A stretch of 64,000 bases of DNA from Candidatus Avimonas intestinalis. Its GTDB lineage: Bacteria > Bacillota > Clostridia > Oscillospirales > Acutalibacteraceae. The notes beneath the pieces are model-generated. The model saw only the letters and a list, made by a program, of their open reading frames with translations, made no database searches and was not told the DNA's origin. The stretch's first letter is position 1. Each line of letters starts with the position of its first letter. The stretch spans positions 1,330 to 65,329 of the forward strand of contig CAJFID010000006.1 in NCBI GenBank assembly GCA_904380375.1, written 5' to 3'. Shown here piece by piece: positions 37,374 to 46,568 of the stretch. The position numbers were made by a program, and so were the translations under genes.

Positions 37374-38260
37374 CGCGGATGAAGGCTTGGGTGGACAGGA
37401 AAGCGCATTGGGCCCTTTTGGCGCCGTTTTTGCTGCTGTTCGCCCTGTTTATCCTGCTGCCGGTGCTGGCGGCGGTCGGCCTCTCCTTTACCTACTTCAA
37501 TTCAATCGAGGCGCCCACCTGGGCCGGGCTGCAAAATTACTTATCCCTTCTCAAGGATCCGGTATTTATGCAGAAAATCCTCCCCAATACCATCCAGTTC
37601 GCCGTCATTGTAGGCCCGGGCGGGTTCCTGCTCTCCTTTATCATGGCCTGGCTGCTCGCCCAGCTGACCCGCGGGCCCCGCACGGTGCTGGCCGTGATCC
37701 TGTACTCGCCGTCAATGATCGGCGGTGTGACGATGGCCGTGGTATGGCGGGTTATTTTCAGCAGCGACCAGGCGGGCTACCTCAACAGCCTGCTGCTGTC
37801 CCTGGGGGCCATCAACGAGCCGGTCAACTGGCTGCAGAGCGAGGCCCTGCTGATGCCGATTATGATCCTGGTTTCGCTTTGGAGCTCGATGGGCGTCGGC
37901 TTCCTGGCGATGCTTTCCGGCATCATCAACGGGGACCGGGAGGTTTATGAGGCGGCGTATATTGACGGGGTATCCAACCGCTTTCAGGAAATTGTGTATA
38001 TCACCATCCCCACCATGAAGCCGCAGATGCTTTTCGGCGCGGTGATGGCCATCGTCAACACCTTTAAAACCAGCGACATCGGCGTACAGCTCTCCGGCTC
38101 CAACCCGACGCCGCAGTATGCAGGCAGCCTGATTGTCAACCATATCCAGGACTACGGGCTGATCCGGCATGAAATGGGATATGCGGCGGCGCTCTCCGTC
38201 GTGCTCCTTCTCCTCATCTTTTTCTCTTCCCAGGTTGCCAACAAGCTGTTTTCGGAATAA
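37370..38260 (+). CDS. carbohydrate ABC transporter permease (MalF-like), pair 1
   Basis: 296 aa with 6 TM helices. EAA motif [25 protein letters not shown]. Confidence 0.9.
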   Translation: MTRMKAWVDRKAHWALLAPFLLLFALFILLPVLAAVGLSFTYFNSIEAPTWAGLQNYLSLLKDPVFMQKILPNTIQFAVIVGPGGFLLSFIMAWLLAQLTRGPRTVLAVILYSPSMIGGVTMAVVWRVIFSSDQAGYLNSLLLSLGAINEPVNWLQSEALLMPIMILVSLWSSMGVGFLAMLSGIINGDREVYEAAYIDGVSNRFQEIVYITIPTMKPQMLFGAVMAIVNTFKTSDIGVQLSGSNPTPQYAGSLIVNHIQDYGLIRHEMGYAAALSVVLLLLIFFSSQVANKLFSE

Positions 38261-38283
38261 ACGCAAAGGAGCGTAGGTTTCTG

Positions 38284-39153
38284 ATGGCAATGAAGAGCGT
38301 GGGGATCAACCCCTCGAAATTCCATAAAAGCCAGATTAAGTTTTACCTGATCCTCCTGCCTGTGACGGCCTTTATGGTCCTGCCGATCCTGTATATCGTC
38401 ATGCATGCGCTCAAGCCGATTGACGAGCTGTTTTTGTACCCGCCCCGCTTTTTTGTGCAGAACCCGACGCTGGACAATTTTATCCGGCTGTTCAGCCAGA
38501 CGGAGCTGACCCAGATCCCGGTTTCCCGCTTTTTGTTCAACAACATCGTCATTGCGGCAGTCACCGTCGCCGCGACGATCTATGTCAGCGTGGCCGCGGG
38601 GTATGCCCTGTCCAAAATCCGTTTCCGGGGGCGCCGGGCCATCTTTACCGTCAATAAGCTGGCGCTGATGTTTGTGGCGGTGGCGGTGCAGATCCCGCGG
38701 TACATCGTGATCACCAAGATCGGGCTGAGCGATAACTTCCTGGTCCATATCCTGCCGGAGCTCGCCATGCCGGTGGGACTGTTCCTGGTCAAGCAGAATA
38801 TTGACCAGATCCCTGATTCCCTGATTGAAGCGGCGGAAATAGACGGCGCGACCCAATTCTACGTCCTGCGTAAAATCATTGTGCCGCTGGTCAAGCCGGC
38901 CCTGGCCACCGTCGCGATCCTTTCCTTCCAGGCGGCCTGGAACAGCACGGCGGAATCCAACACCTTTATCAATGACGAGAGCATCAAGTCCTTTGCCTAT
39001 TATATCAACCAGGTTGCCAACACCGGCAACGGCCTGGAAGGGCAGGGGATGGCGGCCGCTGCGGCGCTGCTGATGTTCCTGCCCAACCTGATCCTCTTTA
39101 TTATCATGCAGTCCAGGGTGATGGATACGATGACCAACGCCGGGATTAAGTAA
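38284..39153 (+). CDS. carbohydrate ABC transporter permease (MalG-like), pair 1
   Basis: 289 aa. EAA motif EAAEIDGATQFYVLRKIIVPLVKP. Confidence 0.9.
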   Translation: MAMKSVGINPSKFHKSQIKFYLILLPVTAFMVLPILYIVMHALKPIDELFLYPPRFFVQNPTLDNFIRLFSQTELTQIPVSRFLFNNIVIAAVTVAATIYVSVAAGYALSKIRFRGRRAIFTVNKLALMFVAVAVQIPRYIVITKIGLSDNFLVHILPELAMPVGLFLVKQNIDQIPDSLIEAAEIDGATQFYVLRKIIVPLVKPALATVAILSFQAAWNSTAESNTFINDESIKSFAYYINQVANTGNGLEGQGMAAAAALLMFLPNLILFIIMQSRVMDTMTNAGIK

Positions 39154-39165
39154 GGGGTGGTACGC

Positions 39166-41211
39166 GTGAAAAAAGGCGGTATGCTTTGCGTGCTGCTGGC
39201 GGTTCTGGCCACGGCCCTCGGGAGCCTGCCCGCCTTGGCCGGGAATTCAACGGCGAATACCTATACCATATCGGTCAACGGGGAGTGGATCAAGACCCAG
39301 GACGCCTACCTGCCGGGGCAGGTGTTTTTCAAGGACGAAGGGCTGAACCGTCCGTCCGACCTGGTTGTGGCGGGGCGGCGGATGTATGTGGCGGACTCGG
39401 ACAATGCGCGGATCCTGGTCAAGGATCTGGACAACCCGCAGGCGCCCTCGTCTGTGCTGGGGCAGGACGCGCTTAACCGCCCGACCGGGATCCATGTGGC
39501 GGCGGATGGGACCCTGTATATTGCCGACTCCGGCGCGAAAACCGTGGTGGTCATGGCCCCGGACGGGACGGTGCAGATGACCATCGGGGAACCGGACTCC
39601 CCCCTGTTCGGCGCCGACGCGATGTGGGAGCCCTCCAAGGTGGCGGTAGATGGGCGGGGCAATATCTATGTGATGTGCGAGGGCGGCTTCAACGGCTTGG
39701 TGCAGTTTAGCCGGGACGGGGAGTTCCTGGGGTATTTCGGGGGGAACCAGACCTCCAAAACCTTCATTGAAGCGGTCCAGGACATCTTCTTTTCCCCGGA
39801 GCAGATCGCCAAGCTCTTCAACCGCAAGCCCGCGGCCTTTACCAACCTGGCGATTGACGGGGACGGCCTGATCTATACCGTTACGGCGGACGGCGAAGGC
39901 AACGTGGTCAAAAAGCATAACGTCGCCGGGACCAACATCCTTTCCGCCTCGCGGAGCCGCACGATGTTTGACGACATCAATTTTGCGGATATCACGGTCG
40001 GTAAGTGGGGCCAGATTTATGTGGTCTCAACGACCGGGGTGATCAACGAATACGACTATAACGGCAATATCCACTTTTCCTTCGGCGGGCTGTCCATCGC
40101 CACCGACCTAAACGGCCTGTTTACCGTGCCGTCCGGCATCGCCGTTGATGATAACGACTGCGTGTATGTCCTGGACTACGAAAAGGGGATCGTCCAATCG
40201 TTTTACCCGACCGCGTTCGCCAACCTGACCCATCAGGCCCTGCGCCTGTATGACCGCGGCCGGTACCAGGAGAGCATCGGCTACTGGCGGCAGGTGCTCC
40301 AGCTGGCCGGCTCCTCCCGCGTGGCGCATTACGGGCTGGGGCAGTGCTACCTGAATCTAAAGGACTACGAAAACGCGGCGTATCATTTTCGAATCGCTTC
40401 CGACCCCGTCTCCTATTCGGACGCGTATTGGGAGCTGCGGGATCAATGGATGGCCGACCACACCGTTTTTGTCGCGCTGGGGGTACTGGCGCTGTGCGTC
40501 CTGCTGTTCGTGCTGGTGCATAAGCGCCGGCGGCGGGAGGGCCGGTACGTCTATTCCCCTTACGCCTGCCCGCCCGGAAAGGGGCTGTGGGGGGACCTGA
40601 AGTTTATGGCGTTTTCCTGCCGGCATCCGATTGACGCGGCGCTTTACATCAAAAGCGGGCAGAAGGCGTCCAATCGGAGCGCCGTGGCAGTCGGCATCCT
40701 GGGGATCGCTGTATACCTGTTTGATTACGCCTGCCGCGGTTTCATTTTCAACAGCCATGACCTGCGGAATACCCAATACCCGGTGCTGCTGGCGACCGTG
40801 GTCGTCCCGGTGCTGCTCTGGATCGTCTGCAACTATATGATTGCCGCGATCCAAGCAGGGGACGGCGCCCTGCGGTATGTGTTCCGCTCGACCGTTTACG
40901 CGTTCAGCCCGTATATCCTGATCACGCCCTTTGCCACCATCCTGTCGCTGGTCCTGACCAGGGACGAGGGCTTCCTCCTCAGCATGATGGATACGGTGGC
41001 CATGCTTTGGGTCGCAGTCAACCTGTTCCTGTGCATTAAGAAGGTGCAGAGCTTTACCTTTTGGGAGACGGTCAAAAACATCCTGCTCACCCTGTTCCTG
41101 ATCGTGGTGGTGCTGCTTGCCGCGACCTTGGTTTATTCGCTTTGGAATTCGATTTCCGAATTTGCCGTGTCTGTCTACAGGGAGGTGTTCTACCGTGGGT
41201 TTGACAAATAA
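39166..41211 (+). CDS. exported NHL-like six-blade propeller + TPR-like segment + C-terminal Yip1-like polytopic membrane domain
   Basis: Signal peptide, then six repeats of the x-[IL]Y[VI]-x-D type (RRMYVADSDNARILV, DGTLYIADSGAKTVVV, RGNIYVMCEGG, DGLIYTVTADG, WGQIYVVSTTG, NDCVYVLDYEKG). TPR-like GRYQESIGYWRQVLQL...LKDYENAAYHF follows. The last ~230 aa have a TM helix plus ~5 further TM helices. The start is ambiguous: GTG at 39157 or 39166, or ATG at 39181. Confidence 0.72.
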   Translation: MKKGGMLCVLLAVLATALGSLPALAGNSTANTYTISVNGEWIKTQDAYLPGQVFFKDEGLNRPSDLVVAGRRMYVADSDNARILVKDLDNPQAPSSVLGQDALNRPTGIHVAADGTLYIADSGAKTVVVMAPDGTVQMTIGEPDSPLFGADAMWEPSKVAVDGRGNIYVMCEGGFNGLVQFSRDGEFLGYFGGNQTSKTFIEAVQDIFFSPEQIAKLFNRKPAAFTNLAIDGDGLIYTVTADGEGNVVKKHNVAGTNILSASRSRTMFDDINFADITVGKWGQIYVVSTTGVINEYDYNGNIHFSFGGLSIATDLNGLFTVPSGIAVDDNDCVYVLDYEKGIVQSFYPTAFANLTHQALRLYDRGRYQESIGYWRQVLQLAGSSRVAHYGLGQCYLNLKDYENAAYHFRIASDPVSYSDAYWELRDQWMADHTVFVALGVLALCVLLFVLVHKRRRREGRYVYSPYACPPGKGLWGDLKFMAFSCRHPIDAALYIKSGQKASNRSAVAVGILGIAVYLFDYACRGFIFNSHDLRNTQYPVLLATVVVPVLLWIVCNYMIAAIQAGDGALRYVFRSTVYAFSPYILITPFATILSLVLTRDEGFLLSMMDTVAMLWVAVNLFLCIKKVQSFTFWETVKNILLTLFLIVVVLLAATLVYSLWNSISEFAVSVYREVFYRGFDK

Positions 41212-43477
41212 GCTGCTGGCGGCGGCTGCGGCCGCGGCGCTTTTGTGCGGGCTGTCCGTCCGGGGAGAGGAAGACGGTGCGCTTGCGGGCAGCTATGGGC
41301 TCCCCGAGGTGATCGCGGACCTTGAAGTCCATTCGGCCCGGCACTCCCGGGCGGAGGATTATGCCCAGGCGGCGGCCCTGCTGACCACGCAGGGGTACGA
41401 GCCGCTCCTTGAGGACGATCTCGCCGCCGTTTACCTCCGGGAGGAAAACGCCTCTCTCCGGGTGGTGGATAAGCGCAGCGGCTATGTCTGGGGCGGCCTG
41501 GACGGCGACGAGGAGATGAACAAGACCTGGACCTCCTTCGGAAACGGCATGGTGGCCATTGACGTGGTGGATTCCAAGCTGGTGTCCAAAAAACAGGGGC
41601 TGGGATATCCGGAGGAGACCACCTTTTCCTATACGGTGGACGGCGCCAGCGCCCGCTTTGAGGCGGAATTTGCCGAATACGGGATTTCCTTTGGGTTTAC
41701 GGTGGCGCTTGATGACGGCGATCTCCTGTTTTGCATGGATACGTCCCAGATCCAGGAAACGGGGGATTACTGGGTTCAAAACGTGTATTTTGTCCCCTTC
41801 CTGGGCTGCACCCGGGAGGACGAGACGCCGGGGTATTTCTTCCTCCCCGACGGGTCCGGCGCGCTGATGCGGTTCCAGAAAGCCAGCGCCTACAACGTGG
41901 TGTATGACCAGCGGGTCTACGGCAAGGACTATGCCATTGACCAGACGGCGCAGACCAACGACCTGAACTCCTCCCGCCCCAATGACTTCTTAGTAGGGGA
42001 GCACGCCATCACCCTACCAGTTTTCGGCGGGGTGCACGGGGTCAAGCAGCACGGCTTTGTTGCGGAAATTACGCAGGGCGCGGAATATGCCGCCGTAACG
42101 GCGACGCCGGCCGGGATGACCACCCCGTATAACTGGATCGCCGCCCGCTTTATCGTGCGGCAGAATTATATGCAGCCCACCTCCAAGAGCGGGGCCGGTA
42201 TCCAGGTGTCCCAAAAGCAGGCGAACCAGTATACGGCCTGCGTCCGGTACCACTTCCTGGACGGGGAGGAAGCCGACTATGTCGGGATGGCAAAATGGAC
42301 GCGCACCCGCCTTCAGCAGGAGGGGGCGCTGGCCGACCGGACGGATGGCGCGGAGGGGGGGATCCCCCTGCAGCTTGACGTGATTATGGCGGACGTCCGC
42401 CGGGGGCTGCTTTCCAACGGCGTTGAGGCGGTCACGACGGCAAGCCAGGTTTCCGGGCTGATGGATTTTTTGGAGGGGGAGGGGATCGGCAACGTCCAGT
42501 ATGTGCTCAAGGGCTGGCAGTCCGGCGGCCTGAACGGCTACAACCCCGAAAAGCCCGGCTTTGAAAAACGCAGCGGCAGCGCGGCGGAGTATCGGGCCCT
42601 GATTGCCAAAGCGTCCGCGGCCGGCGGCACGGTGGTGTTTTTTGAGGACCCGGTCGATCTGACCGAAAAGCAGGCGGGCTATTCCGGGTATACTGCCCAC
42701 ACCATGTCCCAGATGCCGGTAGAGGTGGTGCTCGAAAACGACACCCTTTTGTACAACACCCGGCTGTATACCGGGCTGGACATCCTTCCCCGGATGATGG
42801 AGGCATCCCGCGCGTTTTATGGGGAGCACGATATCCGCCATGTAGCGCTGGGCAGCGTCGGCGGAGTGCTCTACGCCGACCAATACCGCGGGGAGGAGGT
42901 CTACCGCGACCAGGCGCTCAGCCTCCTGACGCAGGCGGTGGAGGCTTATGCGCAAAGCGGCCTGGAAACGGCGTTTTACACGCCGAACCGCTACATGCTC
43001 CCCTACTGTGCGGCGTATTACGACATGCCGCTGACCAACAGCCAGTTCCAATTTGAGACCGATTCCGTCCCCTTCCTGCCCATTGTGCTGCGGGGGAGCG
43101 TCGACTATTTCGCCCCGTATGTCAACGAAGGGCTGTTTTCCCAGACGGATATCCTCAAGATGGTGGAATATGGCGCGTATCCCAGCTATATTCTCACCGG
43201 CAAGCAGAATTTTGAATTGTCCGATACTGCGTCCAACCAGCTGTATTCCACCTATATAGACGAGTGGACGGAGAATATGGTTTCCACCTACCGCGAGCTG
43301 GACCAGGCGCTGCGGCCGGTCGCTGGCTCGGCCATTGAGGGCCGCGAGGTGCTGCAGGAAGGCGTCGTCCGGGTCGACTACGCCAACGGGGTGGCCATTT
43401 ACGTCAATTACCTGGGCTCCGCCGTCACCGCCGACGGCGTGACGGTGCCTGCGCAGGATTATCTGGTGAGGGGGTGA
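41195..43477 (+). CDS. 760-aa exported hypothetical protein (possibly DUF5696-like; function unknown)
   Basis: GTG at 41195 behind AGGGAGG, overlapping the upstream gene by 17 nt. N-terminal hydrophobic signal. I recognise no catalytic motif. The DUF5696 label rests only on my recollection of similar loci and is unverified. Confidence 0.55.
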   Translation: MGLTNKLLAAAAAAALLCGLSVRGEEDGALAGSYGLPEVIADLEVHSARHSRAEDYAQAAALLTTQGYEPLLEDDLAAVYLREENASLRVVDKRSGYVWGGLDGDEEMNKTWTSFGNGMVAIDVVDSKLVSKKQGLGYPEETTFSYTVDGASARFEAEFAEYGISFGFTVALDDGDLLFCMDTSQIQETGDYWVQNVYFVPFLGCTREDETPGYFFLPDGSGALMRFQKASAYNVVYDQRVYGKDYAIDQTAQTNDLNSSRPNDFLVGEHAITLPVFGGVHGVKQHGFVAEITQGAEYAAVTATPAGMTTPYNWIAARFIVRQNYMQPTSKSGAGIQVSQKQANQYTACVRYHFLDGEEADYVGMAKWTRTRLQQEGALADRTDGAEGGIPLQLDVIMADVRRGLLSNGVEAVTTASQVSGLMDFLEGEGIGNVQYVLKGWQSGGLNGYNPEKPGFEKRSGSAAEYRALIAKASAAGGTVVFFEDPVDLTEKQAGYSGYTAHTMSQMPVEVVLENDTLLYNTRLYTGLDILPRMMEASRAFYGEHDIRHVALGSVGGVLYADQYRGEEVYRDQALSLLTQAVEAYAQSGLETAFYTPNRYMLPYCAAYYDMPLTNSQFQFETDSVPFLPIVLRGSVDYFAPYVNEGLFSQTDILKMVEYGAYPSYILTGKQNFELSDTASNQLYSTYIDEWTENMVSTYRELDQALRPVAGSAIEGREVLQEGVVRVDYANGVAIYVNYLGSAVTADGVTVPAQDYLVRG

Positions 43478-43483
43478 GCGGCT

Positions 43484-44404
43484 ATGGCGCAATCGGAAAA
43501 ACGGCCTGCCCGCACGACGGGGCAAAAAGGGCGGAGCAGGGGCCCGCGGCTGCGCAGCCGGACGCGCAACATGCTGGTAGGGTATGCGTTTATCCTTCCA
43601 TGGCTGTTCGGGCTGCTGGTATTTACCGCCTGGCCCGTGATCTATTCGATGTACCTGAGCCTGTGCGAGGTGGCCGTGACCACCCGCGGCATTGACGCGC
43701 AGCTGACCGGCCTGGTGAATTATGTCCGGGCCTTCCGGGAGGACACCGTCTGGAGCGGGTATTTGATTAACCAGGCGGCGTATGTGCTGATGTGCACCCC
43801 GCTCATCCTGGTGTTTTCAGCGATTATGGCCCTGCTGCTCAACCAAAAGGTGCGCGGTCGCCTTTTCTTCCGGGCCCTGTATTTCTTCCCGGTCATCATC
43901 ATCAGCGGCCCGGTGATGACCAAGCTGGTTGATAACAACGCCTCAAGCATCATCACAGCGGAGGGTAACGCCATTTACCAGGTGTTTTCCCAGATCCCAT
44001 ATATCGGGGACGCGATCATTTACGCCTTCAGCAACCTGGTGCTGATTTTATGGTACTCCGGCGTGCAGGTCCTGATTTTCCTGGCCGGCCTGCAGAAAAT
44101 CGACCGATCAATGTATGAGGCGGCTCGCATTGACGGCGCATCCGGATGGGCAATTTTCTGGAAGATCACGATCGTGCAGATGAAGCCCATGGCGCTGATC
44201 AACGCGATCTTTACCATTGTGCAGCTGACCGGCTTTTCGGACAACGAGGTCAACACCCATATCAGCAGCCAGATGTTTGAAACGGGGAAGATCTATTCCT
44301 ATTCGGCGGCGCTGGCCTGGAGCCATTTCCTTGTGGCCCTGCTGATGATCGGCCTGGCGTTTCTGATCCTGCGCAGCCGGCGGGACAAGGAGGTGAAAGC
44401 ATGA
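43484..44404 (+). CDS. carbohydrate ABC transporter permease (MalF-like), pair 2
   Basis: 306 aa. EAA motif EAARIDGASGWAIFWKITIVQMKP. Confidence 0.9.
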   Translation: MAQSEKRPARTTGQKGRSRGPRLRSRTRNMLVGYAFILPWLFGLLVFTAWPVIYSMYLSLCEVAVTTRGIDAQLTGLVNYVRAFREDTVWSGYLINQAAYVLMCTPLILVFSAIMALLLNQKVRGRLFFRALYFFPVIIISGPVMTKLVDNNASSIITAEGNAIYQVFSQIPYIGDAIIYAFSNLVLILWYSGVQVLIFLAGLQKIDRSMYEAARIDGASGWAIFWKITIVQMKPMALINAIFTIVQLTGFSDNEVNTHISSQMFETGKIYSYSAALAWSHFLVALLMIGLAFLILRSRRDKEVKA

Positions 44405-45399
44405 AGCGTATCATGGAATCCCTGCGCCCGCCGGCGCTGAGCGGCATGGCGGGCAAAGCGGCCGGGACCGCCCGGGCCGCTGCGCGCAAGCTCCGGCTCC
44501 GCCGGCGGCTGCTTGGTTCGGCCGATTCCTTGGGGCTTCTCAAAAAGCTGGCCGTATATTTTTTCCTGATTACCATCGGCTTTGTGTATCTGTACCCGCT
44601 TTTGTATATGGTCGTCAACAGCCTGATGACCACGGAGGATTTGATTGACCCGGCGGTCAACTGGGTCCCTACCTCCCTATACCTGGACAACTTCCGGGTG
44701 GCCTTCCGGGTGCTGGATTTTGGCCGGACGATCGGGTATTCCCTGCTGATCTCGAGCGTCTGCGCGGTGTCCCAGACGCTGATCGGCGCGGTGGCCGGCT
44801 ACGGCTTTGCCCGCTTTCGCCTGCCGGGCAAGGGGCTGCTGATGGTCCTGCTGGCGGCCACGTTCCTTGTGCCGGAGCAGGTGACGATGGTCCCCCGGTA
44901 TATCCTGTTCAACGCCTACGGTATGAACGATTCCCTCTGGCCGGTTTTCCTCCCCGCTCTGCTGGGGCAGGGGGTAAAGGGCGCCCTGTTCATCCTGGTG
45001 TTTGTCATGTTTTTCCAGTCGTATCCCCTTGCGCTGGACGAAGCGGCCGAGATTGACGGGGCCGGCAAGCTGCGGGTTTTCCTGCGGATCGCCCTCCCGA
45101 TGGCCGTGCCGGCCATCGTGGTATCCCTGATTTTCTCCTTTGTGTGGAATTGGAACGAGACGTTTAATATTTCCCTGTACGACAAGGATATCCAGACCCT
45201 GCCCATGCAGCTCAATGCTTTCGTGTCCCGTTACCAGGAAATGTACCCCACCACCGACGGGAGCGAGGTGAACCGCCTCAACGAAGGGATCCAAATGGCC
45301 GCCACGCTGATTACCATCGCGCCGCTGGTGGTGATGTATATGGCGCTGCAAAAGCAGTTTGTGGAAAGCATTGAACGCACCGGCCTGACCGGGGAATAA
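44401..45399 (+). CDS. carbohydrate ABC transporter permease (MalG-like), pair 2
   Basis: 332 aa. EAA motif EAAEIDGAGKLRVFLRIALPMAVP. ATGA overlap with the upstream permease. Confidence 0.88.
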   Translation: MKRIMESLRPPALSGMAGKAAGTARAAARKLRLRRRLLGSADSLGLLKKLAVYFFLITIGFVYLYPLLYMVVNSLMTTEDLIDPAVNWVPTSLYLDNFRVAFRVLDFGRTIGYSLLISSVCAVSQTLIGAVAGYGFARFRLPGKGLLMVLLAATFLVPEQVTMVPRYILFNAYGMNDSLWPVFLPALLGQGVKGALFILVFVMFFQSYPLALDEAAEIDGAGKLRVFLRIALPMAVPAIVVSLIFSFVWNWNETFNISLYDKDIQTLPMQLNAFVSRYQEMYPTTDGSEVNRLNEGIQMAATLITIAPLVVMYMALQKQFVESIERTGLTGE

Positions 45400-45498
45400 G
45401 AGCGCCGATAGCAAACCGCTGTAGGCCACTATCGAACAAATAAGTAAAAGAAAAAGCAGGCCTTTGTATATATTTTGTACAGAAACACTGCCGGCGGG

Positions 45499-45526
45499 TT
45501 GAAAGAGGGGGAACATATGTTAAAAT
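45499..45526 (+). promoter_or_regulatory. putative sigma-A promoter for lacI-family gene/GH2 (TTGAAA-16 nt-TAAAAT, TG extended -10)
   Basis: -35 at 45499-45504, TG at 45518-45519 and -10 at 45521-45526, about 28 nt upstream of the ATG at 45555. Confidence 0.5.
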
Positions 45527-45554
45527 AGATGGGAACACTAAGGGGGGAAGAAAT

Positions 45555-46547
45555 ATGAAAAAAGTCACCTTAAAGGATATTGCCGTCGTCACCGGCTTAA
45601 GCGTAAACTCCGTTTCCCGGGCCCTGAAGGATAAGGACAGCATTTCGGCCGAAACCCGGAAAATGGTGCAGGAGGCAGCCAAGAAAATGGGCTATATTCC
45701 CAATTCTTTGGCCAGCTCTATGCGTTCCGGAAAGACGTACAGTATTGCGGTGATTTTGGGGGAGATTGTCAACCCCTATAACGCTCACCTCCTGAACAAC
45801 CTGACGACCCGCCTGCACGATGCCGGGTATACTCTGCTGGTATTCGTCACAAACCAGCGCCGCTCCCTTGAGGACAGCGCCGTGCAGAATGCCATCAGCA
45901 AGAACGTGGACGCTCTGGTTGCCTGTACCCAGCTCAAGCCGGACAACATGGAGCTGATCCGGGGGCTCGGCATCCCCTTCCTGCAGATCGGCCTGGTCTC
46001 TACAACGCCGGAATTTTGCCAGGTGAGCAAGGACGAATACCACGCGGGCTATCTCGCGGCAAGGCATCTGCTGGAGAAGGGGCACCGGCGGATCCTGCAT
46101 ATTGTCTTCCCCCAAAAATATTTTGCGTTTTCCGGCGAGCGGACCCGCGGCTTCCGCCAAGCCTATGAGGAAGCCGGCGTCCCCTTTGACGAGGGGCTGC
46201 TGTATACGTACTACCGGGAAAACACGATCCAGCGTATTCTGGAGCAGGCGGCCGAGAAGTCGCCCGGCTTTACCGCCATTACTGCGGGCAACGACATGCT
46301 GGCTTGGCAGGTGATTGAAACCCTGCGGAACCAAGGATTCCGGGTGCCGGAGGATTACGCGGTTGTCGGCTTTGACGATCTGCGCTCCTTTATCCGTGTC
46401 CCTTACCGGCTGACCTCGGCCGCGTCCAACCTGTCCGACCTGTCCCGGCGTGCCGTCGAGATTTTGATGGCCCAGCTGGACGATCCCCAGGCCTCCCCCC
46501 GGGTTTATGTGGAAACCACCTATTTGGTAGAGGGGGAAAGCACCTAA
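45555..46547 (+). CDS. LacI family transcriptional regulator
   Basis: 330 aa. N-terminal HTH VTLKDIAVVTGLSVNSVSRALKD plus a periplasmic-binding-protein-like sugar-binding core. Confidence 0.9.
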   Translation: MKKVTLKDIAVVTGLSVNSVSRALKDKDSISAETRKMVQEAAKKMGYIPNSLASSMRSGKTYSIAVILGEIVNPYNAHLLNNLTTRLHDAGYTLLVFVTNQRRSLEDSAVQNAISKNVDALVACTQLKPDNMELIRGLGIPFLQIGLVSTTPEFCQVSKDEYHAGYLAARHLLEKGHRRILHIVFPQKYFAFSGERTRGFRQAYEEAGVPFDEGLLYTYYRENTIQRILEQAAEKSPGFTAITAGNDMLAWQVIETLRNQGFRVPEDYAVVGFDDLRSFIRVPYRLTSAASNLSDLSRRAVEILMAQLDDPQASPRVYVETTYLVEGEST

Positions 46548-46568
46548 CGCAAGCAAGGAGGTTTGCGC

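Noticed and set aside
45465-45484. TGTATATATTTTGTACA partial palindrome upstream of the LacI-family gene promoter, as an autoregulatory operator
   Set aside because: Only the outer TGTA/TACA arms pair. It is unrelated to the 30-bp element and AT-rich by chance in an intergenic region. The evidence is insufficient.
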